From the IMG/VR virus record IMGVR_UViG_3300028883_000010, positions 1 through 59,339 of that record: DNA of 59,339 nt, one strand, 5' to 3'. Source of the DNA: a virus. Lineage: Duplodnaviria > Caudoviricetes. The position numbers and the translations under genes are program-made. The notes below the pieces were generated by a model, which was given only the letters and a program-made list of their open reading frames with translations, was not told the origin of the DNA and searched no databases. Positions 1 to 9,525 of this stretch are shown in pieces (position 1 is the stretch's first letter; every line of letters starts with the position of its first letter).

Positions 1-31
1 GTTGAGATAACTTCTCCGGCAGCTTTTCGTT
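1..31. repeat. Terminal direct repeat (circular overlap), copy 1
   Basis: GTTGAGATAACTTCTCCGGCAGCTTTTCGTT at 1-31 is identical to 59309-59339, and an ORF reads in frame across the join. Confidence 0.95.
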
Positions 32-3000
32 ATTATCGAGTTCAAATTTTAACAAAACAATTAGTTCCGGGGCAGAGTTCTTTTGCTTATGTGGGAATAG
101 GTGAAGCTGAATTTACCCTTTCTGAAGCAACGGTTGATTTAAAAATTGATCACGAAAAAATCGATTCAACGCTTTCAGATTTTCCGGTTATGGTTAACCT
201 AGCGGCTTATCCGGAGGTTTTTACAGCTTTAGGAGAGGATGCCAATAGAAAAAAGATAACTCTTGAAAATGCAAGTGGCGATGCTCTTTATGGTGAAATT
301 GAACATTTTGATTATTCCAATAAAAAAGGAATTCTCTGGACAAAACTTCCCTCTGTTTCAGATTCAGAAGACACCGAATTTTCTTTAGTGGCAGGCGCTG
401 CAAAAGCGGTAACAGCTAAATCAGTTATTTTTGATATTGCTGACAACTATGGTTATTCTGGTGTTGTTGGTATTAGGTCTGTAGATTTTTATAAAAATGA
501 CGAAAAGATAACTATTACAGGCTCAGACATTACAGCTTATGCGACAACAACTTTTAGTAATTATGATCCAGAATGGGCCTTTGTTACAGCCTTATCTAAA
601 ACAGGATTGGGGTCTAGTAATTCTTGGGCGTCAGACTCAGCAACTATTGCATCTCGGTTAAGTGTTGTCTTTAACACCGAAATTGAATTTGATAAAATTA
701 TAATTAATAATTACCATCATGAAGGCACATTAACTGATGCTGGTGCAAAGAATATAAAAATAAACATCTCTGATGATTCCATTACTGATACCACCTATAA
801 TGCAGCAATTTCTAATAGTACTGAAATTTTTGATGGCCAAATAGCAGAACACGCCGCTTCAAATGTGGCTGATGACCAAGAGTTTCCTCTTTACGTTGAT
901 GACACCGGAGGATGGGCAGCACAGCAAGTTTGGGATGATAATTTCAAAGCAGTTTACCATATGGCTCAAGACCCTTCTGGTGGTTCTGGCTGTATCCTTG
1001 ATTCTACTTCTAATGCCAATCATGGAACACCTGCAGGCTCTATGCTCACAGGGGATCTTGTTGATGGAGAATTTGGCAAAGCATTAGATTTTGATGGTAC
1101 GGATGATTATATAGAAATTTCTGATCATGCTGATTTTGATATAACAGATTATCTAACACTTGAAGCTCATGCAGATATTAATTGGACAACGTTAAATGGT
1201 GTTGCTGGTCCTTTAATAGCAAAATCAAATTGGGCATCTTCTGGATATGGCTATTTACTTGCTGCTAATGACTCAGCTTTAGTTGAAGCTATAACAATTC
1301 AAGCATACAAATCAAGTGACAATTATATAACAAAATCCCAAGAATCGGTATCAGAAGGTTGGCAAACTATTTGTGGTGTTTATGATAAAGATGCTTCTGG
1401 AACAGATAAAATAGATTTGTTTCGCAATGGTTCGACTACTGGAACGGCTTCAACAAATAATTCTTACGATAGTATTGGAGAAAATAATCTCCCTATTCGT
1501 ATAGGTCGTGACTCTGGTTCTAATAATTTTTTCTATGCTGGTAAAATTTCAGAAATTCGTATTTCAGATATTGCTCGTTCAGCCGCCTGGTTAAAAGCGA
1601 CTTATTATTCCAATAAAGACCTCCTTGTTTACCGGGATGTTGATATTGACGAGGATTATACAAAGCGTATTCGCTTTGAAATCAACCCAGATTTAATTGA
1701 TTCCGAGTTAACCGACTTCCCGGTTATGCTTAATCTTTCCAGTGCCTCTGGAATCTCTGACAAAGATATTACCGCGATTTTTGATGAACTTACCTCTGAC
1801 GCAAATCGCTTTAAAATAAAAGTCACAACTGATGATGGTGTTGAATGCCCTGTTGAAATTGCCTATTGGGATGATACTACTGAAAAGGCACAGCTGTACG
1901 TCAAATTACCCACGGTTTATGCAGATAAAAAGACTGTTTTTTATCTGAACTATGCCTCTACAGCGAGCCCCTATTATAGTGCTAAATCAGTTATTATTGA
2001 TTTTACAAATAATTGGGGGGCTAGCACATATACAAGTATTCGGTCAGTTGAGTTTTATAAGGATGGAGTACTCTTACCCCTTACCCAAAGTGATTACACA
2101 GCTTATCATTCCAGTATTGTAACAGAAACTTATAACTCAAAATATGCCTTTGATACTTCTTTATCAAAGGTGGACGGATGGGGTTCTACTTCTTGGGTCT
2201 CTGATAGTGGGGATTATACAAACCAAAGAATAATTTGCGTTTTTAATACATCAATTGAGTTTGATGAAATAGTTATAAATAACAACCATGATAGTGGAAC
2301 AAGGTTAACCGAGACCTGTAAGGACATCCTCCTTTATATTTCAGATGATGCCATCACGGATACCACTTATGGGAATGCTATTTCAAATAGCACCCTTCTC
2401 TTTGACGGACAAATACCCCAGCATGTGGCATCCAATATAGAAGATCCCCAATATACAGTTTATGGTAATGTCGGTGATACCAGCCAAACAGCCTCTCAAC
2501 AGGTTTGGGATGATGATTTTAAGGCCATTTACCATATGAGTCAAGACCCCAGTGGTGGAGCCGGTTGTATCCTTGACTCAACTTCAAATGCTAATCATGG
2601 AACGCCCTTAGGCACTATGCTTACGGGGGACCTTGTTGACGGTCCGTATGGGAAGGCTATTGATTTTGACGGAGTTGATGATGGTATTGATACTGGATTA
2701 ACTTTCAGCAATGCAACAGGTGCAACACTTGAAGCCATTGCATCTTTTGCTGAAAACGGCGGGACCGACTCAGAGCACACAATACTTGACCTCGATGAAA
2801 ATGCAGACGTTTGGGTTTTACGACATGGCTTAGGTAAGGTTCAATCTTCAATTAAAACAGGAAATAGCAAGCTTACCTCTGATGGGCTAAATAATTCTCA
2901 GTTCTATGGTATCCAGGCAACCTATAATCAAACTACCCATTTACTTTATATTGATGGGAATCAAGTCGGAACGGATAGCTACACTACAGCATTAGACTCC

Positions 3001-4074
3001 GCAGCTTTACCAATCAGGATCGGTAAAAGAAATAGCGCAAAAAGTGGAGACCGACAGTTAGCTGGAAAAATTGCCGAAGTTCGAGTTTCCTATACGAGTC
3101 GTTCAGCAGCATGGGTTAAAGCAACTCATTATTCAGGTACTGACGCCCTTATTACCTTTGGCTCAGAAGAGGCGGAGACCCCGGCTGTACCGGGAACAAC
3201 AGGGGATATCACGGCAACCCTGCCGGCGCTTACCTGTGAGATAAATACCCTTTACAGTGGCTTGAGCGCAAGCCTACCGGCCTTGACCTGTGAGATGGTA
3301 GCGGGCGCCTATATGGCCGCAACCCTGCCAGCGTTGACAGCCAGCATCCAGGCGGACGCATTCAGCTTTTCCGGCGACCTGGTCGACAGTCTCGGCGCCC
3401 TAACCATGACAGGCGTCACCGATCAATACCGGGAGGTCGAGGGCACGCTTCCCGTCATCACATGCGAAATGGCAGGCGTGGCAAACAAGATTGCCATGGC
3501 CTGCGAGCTGCCCGCCCTGACCGCGGCCATCCATGCCGCCGGCCATCTTTCCGCCAATACCCCGGGCCTGGCCATGACCGGGACCGGTTTCAATGAGATT
3601 CTCGCCCAGGTGGCGGCCGAGATCCCCGGGCTTTCCATGCTGGCCCAGGCCGGCGCCCGCATTTCCATTGACCTGGTCTGCCCGGCCGTCGCCATGGTCG
3701 GCAGAAACCAGGTAGTAACGCAGCTTTCAGCCACAGTTCCGGCGCTGCGGGTGTCAATTTCCGGCAACGCCGACAGCGCCCCGGCCATTGCCGCCAGCCT
3801 GCCGGCAATCCGGGCAGCCCTGACCGGCCACAGTAGCGCAGTCGGTGCCATCGCTGCCAATCTTCAGGCCTTGACTTTTTCCGCCACAGCTCAAACCGGC
3901 ATCGTCGGCAACCTGGCAGCCAGCCTGCCGGCGCTCGGCCGCTGCCGTATATCCGCGGCCCCTGGTGGCCCGGCAACCCTTGACTGTGCCTTGCCGGCCC
4001 TGGAACTGCTGGCCGTCGTCAATAACTCGAACAGGGACGCCGTATTGCGGCACGCCCGGGGACAGATCAGATAA
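1..4074 (+). CDS. Receptor-binding/tail fibre protein (3' part): two DUF2341-like + LamG-like modules, C-terminal LPALT repeats
   Basis: Duplicated blocks IDS.L.DFPVM.NL, AKSVI.D..NNWG, QQVWDD.FKA.YHM.QDPSGG.GCILDSTSNANHGTP, G.I.E.R.S...RSAAW.KAT.YS; AT-rich up to about 3170, then GC-rich LPAL repeats. Confidence 0.75.
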   Translation, partial: VEITSPAAFRYYRVQILTKQLVPGQSSFAYVGIGEAEFTLSEATVDLKIDHEKIDSTLSDFPVMVNLAAYPEVFTALGEDANRKKITLENASGDALYGEIEHFDYSNKKGILWTKLPSVSDSEDTEFSLVAGAAKAVTAKSVIFDIADNYGYSGVVGIRSVDFYKNDEKITITGSDITAYATTTFSNYDPEWAFVTALSKTGLGSSNSWASDSATIASRLSVVFNTEIEFDKIIINNYHHEGTLTDAGAKNIKINISDDSITDTTYNAAISNSTEIFDGQIAEHAASNVADDQEFPLYVDDTGGWAAQQVWDDNFKAVYHMAQDPSGGSGCILDSTSNANHGTPAGSMLTGDLVDGEFGKALDFDGTDDYIEISDHADFDITDYLTLEAHADINWTTLNGVAGPLIAKSNWASSGYGYLLAANDSALVEAITIQAYKSSDNYITKSQESVSEGWQTICGVYDKDASGTDKIDLFRNGSTTGTASTNNSYDSIGENNLPIRIGRDSGSNNFFYAGKISEIRISDIARSAAWLKATYYSNKDLLVYRDVDIDEDYTKRIRFEINPDLIDSELTDFPVMLNLSSASGISDKDITAIFDELTSDANRFKIKVTTDDGVECPVEIAYWDDTTEKAQLYVKLPTVYADKKTVFYLNYASTASPYYSAKSVIIDFTNNWGASTYTSIRSVEFYKDGVLLPLTQSDYTAYHSSIVTETYNSKYAFDTSLSKVDGWGSTSWVSDSGDYTNQRIICVFNTSIEFDEIVINNNHDSGTRLTETCKDILLYISDDAITDTTYGNAISNSTLLFDGQIPQHVASNIEDPQYTVYGNVGDTSQTASQQVWDDDFKAIYHMSQDPSGGAGCILDSTSNANHGTPLGTMLTGDLVDGPYGKAIDFDGVDDGIDTGLTFSNATGATLEAIASFAENGGTDSEHTILDLDENADVWVLRHGLGKVQSSIKTGNSKLTSDGLNNSQFYGIQATYNQTTHLLYIDGNQVGTDSYTTALDSAALPIRIGKRNSAKSGDRQLAGKIAEVRVSYTSRSAAWVKATHYSGTDALITFGSEEAETPAVPGTTGDITATLPALTCEINTLYSGLSASLPALTCEMVAGAYMAATLPALTASIQADAFSFSGDLVDSLGALTMTGVTDQYREVEGTLPVITCEMAGVANKIAMACELPALTAAIHAAGHLSANTPGLAMTGTGFNEILAQVAAEIPGLSMLAQAGARISIDLVCPAVAMVGRNQVVTQLSATVPALRVSISGNADSAPAIAASLPAIRAALTGHSSAVGAIAANLQALTFSATAQTGIVGNLAASLPALGRCRISAAPGGPATLDCALPALELLAVVNNSNRDAVLRHARGQIR

Positions 4075-4664
4075 TGGGAGACATCAGCGCAAGCTTGCCG
4101 GCCATCACCGGCGAAATTACAGCCCTTGACGACACGCTCGACTTTGATATCCCGGCCCTTACCAGCGCGATCGAGGCCACAGTACACGAAAACGCTCTGG
4201 CCCTTGTCCTGGATACCAATCTACAGGCTAAAGCCGCTACAACGCAATACACGGCGTTTCCGGTCAATTCCATGGCCATGGTCAACGGAAAAATTTTAGC
4301 CGCGGCTGAATCCGGGCTTTTCCAAAACACCGGTGACCATGACGGGTCCGATCAGATAGACGCATTTTTCGAGCTGCCTACCATGGATTTTGGCATCAAA
4401 CAGGTTAAGCGCCTGCGGTTTATTTACCTGAGTGTTGAAACCTCCGCGGCCACAAACCTGACCATCACCGTGTCGACGGAACTCGGAAAGACCCAGACGA
4501 TTACAATCCCGATAGCTGCGGCCGGCCAGCACGCTATTCGGGAAACCGTCACCCGGAAGGTTTACGGCCGATATTTTACCATCCAGGTAAGAGGCAACAA
4601 TTTTTCCATCGATGAAATCAAAGTGCTTCCAGTGGTGTTGAATCATGGCAGGAACCGGAATTGA
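4074..4664 (+). CDS. Virion tail protein (podovirus nozzle/stabiliser C-terminal-like)
   Basis: 196 aa, coupled to upstream stop; DFG...KRLRFIYL...GRYF beta-sandwich pattern. Confidence 0.55.
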   Translation: MGDISASLPAITGEITALDDTLDFDIPALTSAIEATVHENALALVLDTNLQAKAATTQYTAFPVNSMAMVNGKILAAAESGLFQNTGDHDGSDQIDAFFELPTMDFGIKQVKRLRFIYLSVETSAATNLTITVSTELGKTQTITIPIAAAGQHAIRETVTRKVYGRYFTIQVRGNNFSIDEIKVLPVVLNHGRNRN

Positions 4665-6783
4665 TAACGTCCTTCTGAGCAGGGACCTTGAGCACTACGA
4701 CCCGGAAACCATCAAGCGGTTTCATGGCATTGCCCGGGCACAGCTGGAGATACTCGAAAACTTCATGCGATTCCAGGGCCTGAAACAGTGCATCCGCCGG
4801 GTGAGCCTTGGCGGCGGGGTGGTGGTCGATTGCGCCATTTCCTTTGGCCGGCGCCGGGCGCTTGTGCATGTGCCGACCGTCGGCGGGGAGGAGCCCGGGA
4901 CCGAGATCATCAGGACAGTTACCCAATACCTACTTGTCGTTTTTGGTAACCCGGAGGAATACCTGTCTGTCAGCTATGGTAAGAATTCCCCGCTTTTCCT
5001 GGCGGCCGAGGCTGTTTTTTGTACCGAAGGATCAGGCCTTCTAACCTATGTGGAAGGTGGGCAAATTTACGGGTCCTTTACCATGTGTTTCGAGGGCATG
5101 GTCAACGGTGAGGATTCCGGGGCCTTTGCGTCCATCAATGCGGCCGTTGAAGAGCATTATACCCGGACGTACAACAAAAAAGAAATTTTTGCGGAAACCA
5201 TCGATGACGCGATTTTATCGGAGGATGCCCCGGAGATCGTTTCCCCGCTTGATCAGTATCCGACCGGCAACGTTCCGGCCAACAGTGACCCCCCGTCCCG
5301 GCAGGAATGGTCAAAGACCGTCGGGGATTTGTGTGTGTCTGCCTTTATCTTTTATCCAATGGGGCGCGGATCACTCGGCGCCGACAAGTGGGCCGTATCA
5401 GCTACTATGAAGGGCACGGTCCTGGACTGGCAGACGCCAGGCATCAAATATTATCCCCAATCCGGGTTTTGCCGTTCAGTCTGTAAGCAAGCGACCTGTG
5501 ATGTTGCAGACTCTTGGATCAATGTTCATATCGGTTTTGACGCCTGGACGGAAGTTAATGCAGAAACTGGCGCTCTGGAATACTTTGTTGGTCTAATGGC
5601 GGATTACGAGGAAGAATTTTCCATCTGGAAATACAACCCCGAGACCGGGGCTATGGAAAAACAATATCTGTATTATTCCCGAGTCCGATCAACCAAGTTT
5701 GAGCCCACCTATCATCCGGACAGGCATGTTCGTTTGATTGGCTATGGTGGTACAAATTCAGCTACTCAAAAAGCCTATTGGTGTGACTTAGGACGCTCCG
5801 GGGATTATTTCGAGGAAGACCTTATCAATGAACAAATCGGAACTTGTCATCAAGTTGATGGGGATATCGTTACAGCAGCATGGCACCCGGCTGAACGCAA
5901 ACTCTATTTTGTGACTGACGATGATGTTTCTGATCCTTCTGAAAGTGGGACACCTCCATGGGCTACATTTACTCCAAGGGAAACACCAAATCCACCAAAT
6001 CCATATTGCTTTGGATATTTTACCTATAATCATGCTGTCCATCTAATTGATTCTGTTGACTATGAAGTTACATGGCAAGGCAACCCATATACAATAGAGG
6101 GCCGACGAGCCTTATGTAGTGAATGGCCTACCCACCGGGACCTTTGGGCGGGCGCTCGTTCAGTAATCCATAGTGAAAGCATTCAGTCCTACCAGCATGG
6201 TAATTTTAAAATTGATGATTTGAGTCTTTCGAAAGGTAGTCATCAGGAAGTTACAGAATCACAGCAAACTTTAGGTTGGCGCCGATATATGCCGGGTTTT
6301 GATTATGATGATCCCCCATTAGAGGGTTTTGATCTTCAAGGGATTTATAATTATGGATTTTGCAAGCCTTCCGGCCGTCATGAATACGACCTCCATAAAC
6401 TTGGCATCAACCCCAATGGCGGCCTTTCCTATGAGTATTCAGAAATTGGGTATGAGGAAGTTTCAAAGGTCGACACGACCGGCAGCACCTGCGAGGCCAC
6501 AGAATGGAGTGAGCCCATTCAAGGCGGCGGGTACACGGAATACCTTTGTGGCGGCTTTCCCTGGGACGGCGCATGGCGGGCCGTGCTGCTTTCCGGAGCC
6601 GGCCGCAATTCTGCATTAGAGCCCCTGCCGAAAACTGAGCACAACGGCCTGATTATCATGAAGGATTCAGACACCGGTGAATTAAAACTGTTCGGTGAAG
6701 GCAATGCTCTTTCACTGGGGATTTATTCACGAGCATTTTTCAAACAGGTGGAGGTTATCACCGAAACCGAGGAGGAAATATAA
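4645..6783 (+). CDS. Hypothetical virion-associated protein with an AT-rich internal segment
   Basis: 712-aa ORF in the structural operon, overlapping its neighbours. Confidence 0.6.
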   Translation: MAGTGIDNVLLSRDLEHYDPETIKRFHGIARAQLEILENFMRFQGLKQCIRRVSLGGGVVVDCAISFGRRRALVHVPTVGGEEPGTEIIRTVTQYLLVVFGNPEEYLSVSYGKNSPLFLAAEAVFCTEGSGLLTYVEGGQIYGSFTMCFEGMVNGEDSGAFASINAAVEEHYTRTYNKKEIFAETIDDAILSEDAPEIVSPLDQYPTGNVPANSDPPSRQEWSKTVGDLCVSAFIFYPMGRGSLGADKWAVSATMKGTVLDWQTPGIKYYPQSGFCRSVCKQATCDVADSWINVHIGFDAWTEVNAETGALEYFVGLMADYEEEFSIWKYNPETGAMEKQYLYYSRVRSTKFEPTYHPDRHVRLIGYGGTNSATQKAYWCDLGRSGDYFEEDLINEQIGTCHQVDGDIVTAAWHPAERKLYFVTDDDVSDPSESGTPPWATFTPRETPNPPNPYCFGYFTYNHAVHLIDSVDYEVTWQGNPYTIEGRRALCSEWPTHRDLWAGARSVIHSESIQSYQHGNFKIDDLSLSKGSHQEVTESQQTLGWRRYMPGFDYDDPPLEGFDLQGIYNYGFCKPSGRHEYDLHKLGINPNGGLSYEYSEIGYEEVSKVDTTGSTCEATEWSEPIQGGGYTEYLCGGFPWDGAWRAVLLSGAGRNSALEPLPKTEHNGLIIMKDSDTGELKLFGEGNALSLGIYSRAFFKQVEVITETEEEI

Positions 6784-8715
6784 ATGGGCACTTGGGTTAA
6801 TATGTCGGATGCGCCGGACGTTGTAACGCATTTTGGCAACACACACGATCTTGTTGAAAACCGGTTTGACCTGGCCGAACAATACGCCCGGGAAAACCTG
6901 ACCCTGGCGCAGCAGTATATAACGGACCTGACCACGCTGTTAAATTCCCTGGAGGTCCCGTCAACCGAGACCATTGAAGACATCGAGGTCCCGACCATCA
7001 CGCCCCTGGATTACAGCGCCCGGCCGGAAATGTCGGATGCAATTGATTCCTTCCCGGAGTTTGACGACCCGGCCCCGACCATGGAGGCCTTGGCAGACGT
7101 CCCGGACATCGATACGGCGGATATTCCCGAGGAAAATTTTAATTTCACGGAAAACATTATTCCGGTGCCCAGTTTCAATGACATTGCGCCGCCAGATGAC
7201 AACATCACCATCAACACCGTCGAGACGCCGGCAAAACCGGACCTGACCACGCCGGCGCCGATCGCCTTCGAAGATTTGGAAATTCCGGCGCCGCCCACCA
7301 TCAGCCTGCCGGATTTTGATTTAAACGTTCCCAATTTGGGAACTCTTAACGACCCGGCGCCGTTTTCCTATACGGAGGCCCCGTATAATTCCGACGTCTG
7401 GTCGGATCTGCTGGACAAGGTCCTGACGGACATCAGGAACGGCGGTACCGGCCTGGATGTCACCGTAGAGGCCGAGCTGTACGACCGGGCAAGGGACCGG
7501 CAGCGCGACGAGAACGAGCGCCTTTATCGGGAGTCTGAGGATACCTTTTCAGCCACAGGGTTTCCGCTGCCCCCGGGTGCCCTGGCTGCCCGCCTGGCCG
7601 AAGTCAGCGCCGAAATATCCCGGAAAAATGACCAGATGAGCCGGGAAATCATGATCAATCAGGCGGAGCTTGCCCAGAAGAATACGCAATTCATGGTTGA
7701 AAAAGGGATCCAGCTGGAGGGCATACTCCGCGATTTTTTCAACCAGCAATCCAACCGGGCCCTAGACGCGGCCAAGTCGGTGGCCACGATCGGCATTGAA
7801 GTTTTCAAGGCCCTGGTGACCAAATACAGCGCCGCTCTGGAAAGCTACAAGGCCGAGGCCGCGGTTTACGAATCCCGAATCAAGGCGGCCCTGACCACGG
7901 CCGAGATTTACAAAACCCAGATTCAGGGACTGGAGGTTTCCGCAAAGGTCCAAAGCGTCAAGGCGGATGTCTACAGGGCTCAGGTGGAGGCTGTAAACAC
8001 AGTTGCCAAGATTTACGAAACCGAAATGCAGGCGGCCAAGGTTCAATCAGAGGTCGAGCTTTCCAAGCTGGAGGTCTTCAAGGCTCAGACACAAGCATAT
8101 GTTGCGCAGCTGGAAGGCGAAAAAACAAAGTTTCAGGTCTATTCCGCACAGGTGGACGGGGAAAAGGCCCGGGTCCAGGTTTACGCCGAAAACGTCAAGG
8201 CCTACATCGCCCGGGTAGAGGCTGCCAAGTCAACGGCCGAGATCGAAGCTATCGCCGCCGAGAACGTCCTCAAAACCAATCAGCTGAAAATCGACAAATA
8301 CCGCGCCGACCTGGCCCGGTATCAGGCCCAGATAGAGGCCGAGATCAAAAGCGCCGGCCTGCAGGTGGAGGCCTTCAAAACTGAGGTCCTGGCCTACAAT
8401 GCCGAGACCGACGCCGTTAAAGCGGAGAACTTGGCCAAGATCCAGGAAATGACCGCCAACGTCAGTGTCGCTGAACTCCGATTGAAAAAGGCGGTTGCCC
8501 AGATCGAGGCCATTTCAAACAGCTATGTTGCCTTGAAGGAGCTGCAATCCAAGGGCACCGAGGGCATTATGAATGTCGGGGCGCAGCTGGCGGCATCGGC
8601 CATGAACGCCGTGAACGCTTCGGCCAGCTATGACGCTTCCAGCCGCAGCAGCAGAAGCGAAAGCCAGGATTGGAACGCAAGTATTTCTGAATCCCACAAA
8701 TACGAACACGAATAA
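6784..8715 (+). CDS. Coiled-coil virion/ejection protein
   Basis: 643 aa; Pro/acidic N-terminus, then long 11-residue Y.A.VEA helical repeats; GAGGA SD. Confidence 0.6.
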   Translation: MGTWVNMSDAPDVVTHFGNTHDLVENRFDLAEQYARENLTLAQQYITDLTTLLNSLEVPSTETIEDIEVPTITPLDYSARPEMSDAIDSFPEFDDPAPTMEALADVPDIDTADIPEENFNFTENIIPVPSFNDIAPPDDNITINTVETPAKPDLTTPAPIAFEDLEIPAPPTISLPDFDLNVPNLGTLNDPAPFSYTEAPYNSDVWSDLLDKVLTDIRNGGTGLDVTVEAELYDRARDRQRDENERLYRESEDTFSATGFPLPPGALAARLAEVSAEISRKNDQMSREIMINQAELAQKNTQFMVEKGIQLEGILRDFFNQQSNRALDAAKSVATIGIEVFKALVTKYSAALESYKAEAAVYESRIKAALTTAEIYKTQIQGLEVSAKVQSVKADVYRAQVEAVNTVAKIYETEMQAAKVQSEVELSKLEVFKAQTQAYVAQLEGEKTKFQVYSAQVDGEKARVQVYAENVKAYIARVEAAKSTAEIEAIAAENVLKTNQLKIDKYRADLARYQAQIEAEIKSAGLQVEAFKTEVLAYNAETDAVKAENLAKIQEMTANVSVAELRLKKAVAQIEAISNSYVALKELQSKGTEGIMNVGAQLAASAMNAVNASASYDASSRSSRSESQDWNASISESHKYEHE

Positions 8716-8730
8716 AGAACGGGGGTAGAT

Positions 8731-9495
8731 ATGGCCTGGTTGACAATGAACCAACAGGAGCAACTTGAAAGAGACGAGCGGATTAAAAAAGATCGGCTCA
8801 CCCAACGGATTGAAGGCGACAAGGACGTTCAGCGCGTCAGGAACGCGGGGCAAATGGACGTTGCCAAATTCAAGGAAAAAGGCATCGATCGTCGCTTTGA
8901 TAAAGACATCGATTTTCGCACCGGCATTGCCGATCGGAAATTTGAATTTGACACGGCAGACGCGGACCGGACGTTCAACCTTCGGGAAGGCGACGCGAAC
9001 CGGACCTTTGCGGAACGAACCCGGCACAACACCGTAATGGAAGGCCAGGATAAGCAAAAGGTCGGCATCCAGAAAAGTACGCTCGATCTTCGCCGGGATG
9101 AACTCACCGCAAAAAATCGGCAGTTTGATCTTGAACGGTTTGATAAGCGGATGAATTCCGCCCTGGAGCGTGTCGACAAACAGTTTGAAAACATCCTGGG
9201 GGGTGAGGGCGGAGCCCGGCCCGGTGAGGCCGACATTGTCGGGCGCCTCAAAAGAATTGACGAACTGCAGGGCATGAGCGCCGACGAAGTGGCACAGAGA
9301 ACGTTTGATATGGCCTTGCAACAGAATATGTCCATACTGGAGACCTTGGACCCGTCCGAGCGGCAAGCCTATGTTGACCGGCTGCCCCGGACCATGCGGG
9401 AGCATTTAACAAAATTTGGGTTCAATACCGGCGAGCCTTCCTTTAGAATGGATAGAAACCGTCCGGAAGATGAAGGCAATCGCCTTTTCCAATAA
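8731..9495 (+). CDS. Putative internal virion (ejection) protein
   Basis: 254 aa, charged and helical with DRxF repeats; directly upstream of the giant protein. Confidence 0.5.
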   Translation: MAWLTMNQQEQLERDERIKKDRLTQRIEGDKDVQRVRNAGQMDVAKFKEKGIDRRFDKDIDFRTGIADRKFEFDTADADRTFNLREGDANRTFAERTRHNTVMEGQDKQKVGIQKSTLDLRRDELTAKNRQFDLERFDKRMNSALERVDKQFENILGGEGGARPGEADIVGRLKRIDELQGMSADEVAQRTFDMALQQNMSILETLDPSERQAYVDRLPRTMREHLTKFGFNTGEPSFRMDRNRPEDEGNRLFQ

Positions 9496-9525
9496 GCAGC
9501 GACGACAGCCAGGAGAAACCACCCA

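Noticed and set aside
1-31. Biological terminal repeat
   Set aside because: 31 nt inside a continuous ORF fits an assembly k-mer overlap; a PBSX-type terminase suggests headful packaging
400-3150. DGR template/variable repeats in the tail fibre
   Set aside because: No reverse transcriptase; both copies are coding and differences are not adenine-specific
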